Positions 59,156 to 64,000 of a stretch of 64,000 nucleotides of DNA are shown here, in pieces. How positions within the stretch are numbered: position 1 is the first letter of the stretch; the number at the start of each line of letters is the position of its first letter. The DNA lies in the IMG/VR virus record IMGVR_UViG_3300009158_000031, positions 1-64,000 of that record; one strand, given 5' to 3'. The notes under the pieces were generated by a model, which did not search any database, had not been told where the DNA came from, and was given only the letters and a program-made list of their open reading frames with translations. The translations under genes and the position numbers were made by a program.

Positions 59156-61750
59156 ATGGCTACATCTTCAAAATTTATTTTACTTAATGATGCGGTATTG
59201 ATGGAATACATCTATGCGGATCAGGCTCAAATAAATGTACCAGGGAACGAATTCCGTATCCCTACTACAACTGCACCGTTATGGAAGACTCAAAATCTAC
59301 ATACCGGAGAATATCAAATTCTTAATGATGATGCTTGTGGAATAATTCAGGATGGTCTTCCAGTAGGAACGGCTAATATCCGAAATCATTCATATGCTCA
59401 AATCTCAAGATCTAAAGTTGCAGAATTAGATATTGATCGTATTGTATTCTATAATGATTTCGATACAGATCTTACTTCGTCTGCTAGTTTACCTATCAGT
59501 TTCAACACAGGAAAATCTCCGGTATATGATACTGTCAAATTTCATCTTGTACAAGGATTTAATTTTCAAGGTAATGAAGCTTTTGCGGCATCAATAAAAG
59601 CCAAGAAGAGAAATGGAACTAATCTAATTTTAGCCAATATACTTTATTCTAAATCAGATGCATGGGAAACTCTTAATCCATCATCATTCTTATTTGGTGG
59701 TAGAGTTTATGATTCATATGTAGAAGTAAGAGTTCTTTCTCTTTACAATCTAGTATATGATTATTGGTATACTACACTTAATGGAGATTCAGTTGCTGAA
59801 AAAATTACGGATGGATCCGGTTTTGAACCTTCTCAAAATATACAAATAGATTTTAGATTTTTGAATAATCCAACTTTTGTTGATGGACAAAATTATCTAA
59901 CTTTTTACGAAGGAGTTCAAGCAGAAATACCTACTAAAGATCAATTCGAATCTATTAGTGCTTATATTGCAGAATCTAATGATGGTGATTATATAGAATT
60001 TTATGGAAAATTCAATGGTGATATTATCGAGAATTTTATTCTAGATATTAATGCATCTGGTTATGATTACATGTTACTTCACGATTTAGTCGTTTCTGAA
60101 TATGTTTACGATCAAACTAGTGCAACTTATGCGTGGGTACAAACTGCCGATGTTCAACTTTCACAAGTTGACAATTATGATTTACCCAATACATTTCGTC
60201 CAGTAATTAAGAACACGAATGCAATATCTTTTAAAATAGATTATGTACTTCGACTATATAATAGATCAGATAATTCACAAATTTGGAAAGCCTCATCTAT
60301 GATTTCTAGTAAGGTTAATAAATATGGAAGAGTTCTTAAGGCTATTAATTTAGGTTCAAATCCTATTCAACTTAAAGTATACAATCAATTAGTATCTAAA
60401 GAAATAAATTTACAAAGGGCTTTAGATCCAGTCATTAGCAATGTAAGATATTTGACATCGTTCACCGACAATAACGCTATTTCTATCGCATGGGATAATA
60501 TTACTACTGGTGGAACTGCCACTCAAGGAACTATTCAAAATGTGTTACAAAACGGAACTAATCTGAGAATATATCCTCAAAGTTTAGGAAGAATAATGGT
60601 ATCTAAAGGAACCTCGTATGTACGTTTTACTTTATATCAGACTAAAAATAATGCTAATACAATTCTAGATCTTTCTGGTCTAGGTGATGTTATTTTAGAA
60701 TTTGGATCTAATACTGATGAATCTATTACATTTGATGAATTTCCAACAACGGCAGCCGATAAAGCAAGAGGTCAAGTTGTATTTCGTTTAAATGAAACTC
60801 AATCAACTAATATTCTAGGTTTAAAAAATCGAGAATTTAATCTTTACATACGAAATGAAAAGGGAACTACTGCCGGTTTAACCGGAGTAACTTCTATGGA
60901 AATAACCAATACAGCAGCAGCTAATGATGCATCCTCTAGAGGAGAAAAACAACAACTCTATACTGGTAAATTCTATTCATCTAGCGAATATGCTAAATTA
61001 AAAGAAATTGATAAAATTGAAGATCTTCTAATAACCATTAACGAAAAAAATGGTCAAATCAGTAGACAAGAAACGATTATCGTTGAAAGAAATTCTACCG
61101 TTGTTAACAAAGATAATCAAATTTCATCTCTTAATTCTCAATTAACTAAATCTAATTCAGATTTATCTCAGGCTTTAACAAATAACGCTGCATTAGTAGC
61201 AGCAGATAATATAGAAGACGCTGAATTCAATGCAACAATTGCTTCATTATCAAAACAATTATCTACAATTCAATCCGTAGTAGGACAACAAACTACATTT
61301 ATACAAAATATAAGTAATGAAAAGACTACATTGACTAACGAGAATAATCGTTTGCTAGCTTTAATAAGTACTCTTAATGCAACAATCTCTGCTTTACGAG
61401 CAGTTCCAGTTCAACAACCGATTCAGACTTTTACTCCTATAGAAGTTAGAAACTTTGGAACTTCTAGTAGTATTTCTGCGAATACCAATTTGATAAGCTC
61501 TCCTACTGCAATAACTAGAAATGAAGTAGCAGTATTACCTCCTTCTTCTTCAGTTATATCTAGTCCTGTTCCTAGTTTTGCAGTTACTCCAGTATCAGCT
61601 CCTAGAGTGGTAACGGTTTCTCCGAATGTAATTGCCGCTCCATCGGTAACAATTTCAGTTCCTGCACCTTTCCAAACTGCAATTAAAGGAACTAATGTTA
61701 AAGGAACTAATGTTAAAGGAACTTCATCTAAAGGAACAAATCAACAATAA
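59156..61750 (+). CDS. Structural protein with a C-terminal coiled coil and low-complexity tail
   Basis: 864 aa; ends with KGTNV repeats. Confidence 0.6.
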   Translation: MATSSKFILLNDAVLMEYIYADQAQINVPGNEFRIPTTTAPLWKTQNLHTGEYQILNDDACGIIQDGLPVGTANIRNHSYAQISRSKVAELDIDRIVFYNDFDTDLTSSASLPISFNTGKSPVYDTVKFHLVQGFNFQGNEAFAASIKAKKRNGTNLILANILYSKSDAWETLNPSSFLFGGRVYDSYVEVRVLSLYNLVYDYWYTTLNGDSVAEKITDGSGFEPSQNIQIDFRFLNNPTFVDGQNYLTFYEGVQAEIPTKDQFESISAYIAESNDGDYIEFYGKFNGDIIENFILDINASGYDYMLLHDLVVSEYVYDQTSATYAWVQTADVQLSQVDNYDLPNTFRPVIKNTNAISFKIDYVLRLYNRSDNSQIWKASSMISSKVNKYGRVLKAINLGSNPIQLKVYNQLVSKEINLQRALDPVISNVRYLTSFTDNNAISIAWDNITTGGTATQGTIQNVLQNGTNLRIYPQSLGRIMVSKGTSYVRFTLYQTKNNANTILDLSGLGDVILEFGSNTDESITFDEFPTTAADKARGQVVFRLNETQSTNILGLKNREFNLYIRNEKGTTAGLTGVTSMEITNTAAANDASSRGEKQQLYTGKFYSSSEYAKLKEIDKIEDLLITINEKNGQISRQETIIVERNSTVVNKDNQISSLNSQLTKSNSDLSQALTNNAALVAADNIEDAEFNATIASLSKQLSTIQSVVGQQTTFIQNISNEKTTLTNENNRLLALISTLNATISALRAVPVQQPIQTFTPIEVRNFGTSSSISANTNLISSPTAITRNEVAVLPPSSSVISSPVPSFAVTPVSAPRVVTVSPNVIAAPSVTISVPAPFQTAIKGTNVKGTNVKGTSSKGTNQQ

Positions 61751-62317
61751 ATGATACTTCAAAATAGAAATGATCTTTTTAAAGTTGAGTTACCTAGAAT
61801 ATTCGTACCTCAAGAAATAAAAGATCGATACGCACCATACCTCTTTAGGATGCCAACTCCAGTAACGGATGTGGCCGATATTGTGAATTATTCTATTCAA
61901 TCAATAACTATTCCTAATTTTAATTTTCAACCAATTGAACAGGTTAAGCCTGGTTATTATGCAGAAGCTAAAGGTACTACAAGAAGATTTCGTCAAGCTC
62001 TATCACCAGAGATGTTAATTGATAGAAACTTCACCGTCACATTTCAGCTGTTAGACGGAAATGTTAATTATTGGATATTATTAGAAACATTCTTTCATTA
62101 TTATAGCTTTGATAATCGTAATCCATATACATTTGATGTTCCTATTGGTATATTTGATGCTGAAGGAAATAAGATGTACTCATCAATATTCAAAGATTGT
62201 TTGTTTACCGGAATGAATCAATTCACACTTTCTTATTCAGAATTAACTCCTGAATTTAGAACCTTCGAAGCTACATTTGCATTTAATGAGATAAAATTAG
62301 AATTTGAAACTCAATAA
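61751..62317 (+). CDS. Tail-tube-fold protein (gp3 tail terminator-like)
   Basis: SIQSITIP...FTVTFQL...FKDCLF...FEATFAF pattern of the tube/terminator fold. Confidence 0.55.
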   Translation: MILQNRNDLFKVELPRIFVPQEIKDRYAPYLFRMPTPVTDVADIVNYSIQSITIPNFNFQPIEQVKPGYYAEAKGTTRRFRQALSPEMLIDRNFTVTFQLLDGNVNYWILLETFFHYYSFDNRNPYTFDVPIGIFDAEGNKMYSSIFKDCLFTGMNQFTLSYSELTPEFRTFEATFAFNEIKLEFETQ

Positions 62318-62318
62318 A

Positions 62319-62957
62319 ATGAAATTTTACAAATATCATGAATTTCTAAATGAGGCATCTATTGCATCGGTGATTGATAGAATAGGAAATGAAGAGAATA
62401 TTCAAATTGAAAATATGGATGATTATGTTAATCATTTCATAAATATAGGCGCAAAAAGGATTGCCGGCGGTTCATCTGCTGAAATACTCGAATACCAAGG
62501 TGGAGTTATCAAGATATATGCTCCTATCAATGATCCAGGAATGACTAGATATTTAGCATTTTGTTTATCTAATAAAACGAATTCATATACTCCTAAAATA
62601 GAAAAAATTCTAAAGGTTTGGGCCAATGAAGAAAGATGGATATTTGCAGTATTCATGGAAAATCTAGAAAAACCAAGTGGAGATTTTACCAATGAATTAA
62701 ACATGTATTTAGAAACTCAATTAAAGGGATATCGTTTCGGTAATAATAAAGAGGATACCAACTTTTTTGAAGGTTTAAAATCTATTATAATTAAATATTC
62801 AAAAGATTCAGATAAAAAATCTTTAAACGATATAATTGCATTCCTTAATGGATCAATTGACAAATATCGATATCAGGTAGATTTTGGTCCTCAGAATTGG
62901 ATGATGCGAAGAGGTCAATTAGTTTTAATTGATCCATTTTGGCCAAGTATGGAATAG
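62319..62957 (+). CDS. Ser/Thr protein-kinase-fold protein with a capsid-targeting-like N-terminus
   Basis: Gly loop IAGGSSAEI, VIK lysine, MENL hinge, catalytic DFGPQN and metal-binding LIDP. N-terminus MKFYKYHEFLNE. Confidence 0.75.
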   Translation: MKFYKYHEFLNEASIASVIDRIGNEENIQIENMDDYVNHFINIGAKRIAGGSSAEILEYQGGVIKIYAPINDPGMTRYLAFCLSNKTNSYTPKIEKILKVWANEERWIFAVFMENLEKPSGDFTNELNMYLETQLKGYRFGNNKEDTNFFEGLKSIIIKYSKDSDKKSLNDIIAFLNGSIDKYRYQVDFGPQNWMMRRGQLVLIDPFWPSME

Positions 62958-62994
62958 GATTGAATATATAAATTAATATAAAAACAACAAACTA

Positions 62995-63300
62995 ATGAAT
63001 ATCATTCCAACATTTGATGGATTTATTAACGAAGGAAAGATTTCCATCGGAAAAATGAATTTTTTTGTACGAGTTTTTAACGATGCAAAAGGACTATACG
63101 TACAATTTATACCGGATGGCAAGACTTTAGATAAATTTTCTAAGAATGACATGGTAGAAAATATAAAAGATAAACTAGATTCAGCAATGCCTCAATTTGC
63201 AAGTGCTCTTTGGTTCGCAATTGACAATCAAGCCACAGGAGTAATTTTCAGATTAGACCCATATAAATTAGAAGAAATAATTACAAAAGCTATTAAATAA
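62995..63300 (+). CDS. Putative internal head protein
   Basis: N-terminus MNIIPTFDGFINE; late motif at 62963. Confidence 0.6.
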   Translation: MNIIPTFDGFINEGKISIGKMNFFVRVFNDAKGLYVQFIPDGKTLDKFSKNDMVENIKDKLDSAMPQFASALWFAIDNQATGVIFRLDPYKLEEIITKAIK

Positions 63301-63665
63301 TGAAAACATTCAAAGAATATCTTATTGAAAGTAATACTTTCTCTGAAGAAGAAATCAAAGCACTTAATGAAAATCTTAAGTCTGAATTAACTGAAGCTGA
63401 AGAAGCTAAAATCGATAAAGCTATCAAAGAATTTTGTAGTCAATATCTTGATAAAAACAAGAATATAAAAGAATTTAATGAAGAGCTTACAAATGAAGGT
63501 TTTCTAGGATCTATCCTAGGAGGTCTTACCGGTTTTGCTCTAGGATCTTCGATCGGTAAAATTATTGCAAATGTACTAGGTATTGAGAGAGGCGTAATTT
63601 ACGATTTACTAACAAGTAGACTTGTTGGAGCTGCATTAGGTGCTGCATTAGGAAAACGTGTATGA
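63300..63665 (+). CDS. Putative internal head protein with a glycine-zipper C-terminus
   Basis: N-terminus MKTFKEYLIE; LTNE is followed by GFLGSILGGLTGFALG...VGAALGAALG. Confidence 0.65.
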   Translation: MKTFKEYLIESNTFSEEEIKALNENLKSELTEAEEAKIDKAIKEFCSQYLDKNKNIKEFNEELTNEGFLGSILGGLTGFALGSSIGKIIANVLGIERGVIYDLLTSRLVGAALGAALGKRV

Positions 63666-64000
63666 TAATAGGAATTGATTTCTCAATTAACAGTACAGCC
63701 GTATCTATAAACGAAGGAGGTAACCTCACTCTATTTTCATTCGTTCCAAATTTTCAATCAGGTAAAGCCGCATTCAGAACACATGATGCAATACGAGAAA
63801 TTGTCACGGTTGTTAGCTATAATAAAGAACCTAATACTAAAGATAGTTTAGAAGATCAAAGAATTAAGATTCGTAATGCTAACGAATTATCCGATCAAAT
63901 AATATCTCACATTAGACCTTATTTAGAAGAAGCAGAATTTATCAATATAGAAGGTTTCTCATTTGGATCTAAAGGAAATTCTTTCATCGATCTAATATCA
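63662..64000 (+). CDS. RuvC-like Holliday junction resolvase (truncated at the window end)
   Basis: Not in the ORF track. MIIGIDFSINSTAV...FINIEGFSFGSKGNS has the RNase H-fold D and E motifs. Confidence 0.8.
   Translation, partial: MIIGIDFSINSTAVSINEGGNLTLFSFVPNFQSGKAAFRTHDAIREIVTVVSYNKEPNTKDSLEDQRIKIRNANELSDQIISHIRPYLEEAEFINIEGFSFGSKGNSFIDLIS

Noticed and set aside
1-64000. Stop-codon reassignment as in some Bacteroidota or huge phages
   Set aside because: Multi-kb ORFs are intact under the standard code. TAG (24558, 31399, 62957) and TGA (14882, 15343) end genes at sensible boundaries.

Overview
A 64 kb, very AT-rich, densely coding segment of a large (jumbo-type) T4-like myophage, almost entirely on the + strand and translating cleanly under the standard code. 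The host is most likely Bacteroidota, based on TAnnTTTG promoters, SD-less A-rich starts, a BT4734-like gene and a Bacteroidota-style lipoprotein. The left part (0.8-18 kb) carries nucleotide metabolism and repair genes: Gmk, NAD-dependent ligase, dCMP deaminase, NDK, a pyrimidine-dimer glycosylase and an MBD4-like glycosylase. It also holds a compact DNA hypermodification operon made of an atypical cytosine-type thymidylate-synthase homologue, a GT4-like transferase, a dNMP kinase, an NDP-sugar epimerase and a T4 beta-glucosyltransferase homologue. A second glycosylation cluster follows, and many small late genes carry T4-like capsid-targeting N-termini. The middle contains collagen-like fibre genes, a phage tmRNA with a 23-aa tag, and a small lipoprotein missed by the ORF track. 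The right part (24.6-62 kb) is a baseplate/neck/tail module with an embedded ribosomal S1-like gene and very large structural proteins strewn with G-x-T/S motifs. It ends with a spanin candidate, a likely capsid-targeted protein kinase and a truncated RuvC-like gene. All calls come from motif recognition by eye; no searches were run.
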